Source: Marsupella aquatica (lineage: Eukaryota; Plantae; Marchantiophyta). Taken from it: a stretch of DNA of 64,000 nt. This document shows positions 62,100-64,000 of this stretch, piece by piece; position 1 is the stretch's first letter; each line of letters starts with the position of its first letter. Location: positions 15,406,330 to 15,470,329 of the forward strand of contig OZ316898.1 in assembly GCA_973895155.1 (NCBI GenBank). Reading direction: 5' to 3'. The notes below the pieces were generated by a model. It was not told where the DNA came from. It was given only the letters and a program-made list of their open reading frames with translations, and did not search any database. The position numbers and the translations under genes are program-made.

Positions 62100-62975
62100 G
62101 TGGAGATAAGCATCAAGGATTGAGATGGGCCCCACCAGATGAGTATCATCAGCAATGAACAAAAACATGCACCCGGAAAGGCAAGCGACAAGGCCCAGAG
62201 AGCACTAGTGTGCCATGGCAAACAAAGCCCCACCAATGGGATCCCCCTGTCGAGTACTTGACTCAGAAAGAATAGTCATGTAGGACCCATGACTGAGGCA
62301 GTCAGGATAGAACAAAAGGGCAAGGGTCCCATACAGGGCCCGAACAAAAGGAATGAGGGAGACAATCTCACCACCCGCCTCTCGCAACTCCTCAAAAATA
62401 TGATATTGGGATTACCAAGCTCTTTTATTAGTAGATCTGAGCAAATCATTTTACTGTAGGTCGAATGATTTGCTTCTCTATAAATACTTTAGAGCAAGAA
62501 TGCTGGATGTTGAAGTATTATCTTGGTGACTATGGCATTGACTTGGGCAGGTGAGATCTCACGATCAAGGCTTGAGACTCCCCTTTGAGTGCATGAGGGT
62601 TGTGATGGTGCTTATTTGCAGGGGTATGTGGGTGTATCGTGTGCATACACATCGCTACACAACATACATCACTTGTCACACACATCTAAGCATAGTCACA
62701 ATCAACATCACAAACATAAGAGAATGGAGTACAAGTGGAACTCCTATCCACACATGTCCAAAACCCACTTTGAATCCACGTTACGTACACACAACCTAGA
62801 CAGCCACACCATAGCCGCTAGAGCTTGTCCTCGAAAGGCTCAACATCAACAGATGAGACCTTTGAGCCAACACAAAGAGACATATAAGTATCCCTCACAA
62901 ACATACACTAACCCTAAAACACTTAGATAACACACATATGAAAGCCTCAAACCTACATAGTTTGATATCCTATAC

Positions 62976-63322
62976 TGTTAGGTATTTACTCATGGTCTAG
63001 GGTTATGACATGTAATCGTAGTTAGGCTAACCATAGTCGGAGACGTGGTTAGGTTAACTAGGATGCACACTATATGCCAAACGGTGTTTGCTTGGATAAG
63101 TGGAACTTAGGCTCATTGTTATGGAGCCACTTTAGAGATGAGGAGAGCTTACACTGTGGAGACTTGGTATGGCCAACAGGCTTAGAGTTCAATAAAGCTC
63201 TCTAACTTGTGTGTTCCCATGGACGTAGCCTCGAGAAGGTGAACCACGTATCTCTTGTGTCGACTACTTGTGCATTGGATGTGTCATGTGCTTACCGTTA
63301 CAAGTGTCGTCTATGCTCAACA
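62976..63322 (+). mobile_element. Solo LTR, same family as 61751-62099 (a third partial copy at ~63512-63604)
   Basis: TGTTAGG...CTATGCTCAACA, TSD TATAC on both sides, GGTGAACCACGTA motif. Confidence 0.9.
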
Positions 63323-64000
63323 TATACTACCACTCATAATGGTGTGACAGGTGTAATATGTGGTCGTAGTACATATTGTATATTGTGATAGATATTGCTC
63401 TTAGTCTTGTTGACTCATGAGCTAACTACAGTTAGTCCAACTTGGGTTATGACTTAGCTAATGTTAGTGGTAGTGCTGTTGTGCATATAGCCAGGGCTGA
63501 TGCCAGACCCTGGTGGAACTTAGGCTCATTGTTACAGAGCTAGTTGAGAGATAGGGAGAGCTTGTGTTGTGGATGCTTGGTATGGCCGGTCGGCCTAGAG
63601 TGCAGCGCCGGCCGGCAGCTGCCCTTACAAACGCCTGGCCTTTTTTTGCCCGTGCCCCCGCGCTCGCCCTCTGGACAACCCCCGTCGTGACCTGGCGCCC
63701 TGCCGGTCGCCTCGCCCTCCCCCTCCCTAGACGTGCCTCAAGCGTCTGCAGCCCGTATTCTCCCCCCTTTCGCCCGCGTACTCCCGTCTTTTTCCCGCCT
63801 TGATGCCCTGACGCCTTGTACACCCTCTGGCCCGCCTCGCATCGCCTATACGACGCAGATGCGCCTTTTCTTTATATACTTGTATTTTTGTGATAACGGG
63901 CTTTGCACACCATTCAGTTAGGGCCTCATTTCTGCCTCTTTTTCCTCCTTATTGGTTTAACCTTGGTGTCGGGACCTATCGCTCTCCGTTTTAACCTCTC

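Larger units (their letters stand above)
58400..62400 (-). mobile_element. Fragmented CRE-like (RLE-type) non-LTR retrotransposon, broken by later insertions
   Basis: RT motifs IPFVRALYG...STRQGDPIGGALF...IADD (62400-62105), continuing at 61750-60950. C-terminal PFALEIFG...LSVALKRAQ at 58690-58400. Confidence 0.75.

Overview
Eukaryotic land-plant nuclear DNA (spliced genes, plant TE families; a bryophyte such as a liverwort is my guess only). The first ~44 kb is a nest of transposable elements around one host gene of unknown function (34082-36701). The last ~20 kb holds ARMC8-like and TIP41-like genes, then more TE debris. Main observations: (1) A young, TSD-bounded non-chromovirus Ty3/Gypsy element (279-15751) has ~4.6-kb LTRs that each carry a ~1,199-codon gene: a plant-transposon-protein-like domain plus a long coiled coil. 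Three older, truncated copies of this LTR lie nearby. (2) The same element has a candidate -1 ribosomal frameshift signal (G GAT TTT, 10-bp stem, possible pseudoknot) between protease and RT. (3) A CACTA transposase locus has a SET-domain exon between its zinc-ribbon first exon and the TnpD body, splice-compatible with both. (4) Other chromatin or transcription-related domains sit in the nest: an FCP1/NIF-like phosphatase split by the Gypsy insertion, a PHD finger remnant, and a decayed DNA-methyltransferase-like gene. All calls come from reading motifs by eye; no database searches were run.
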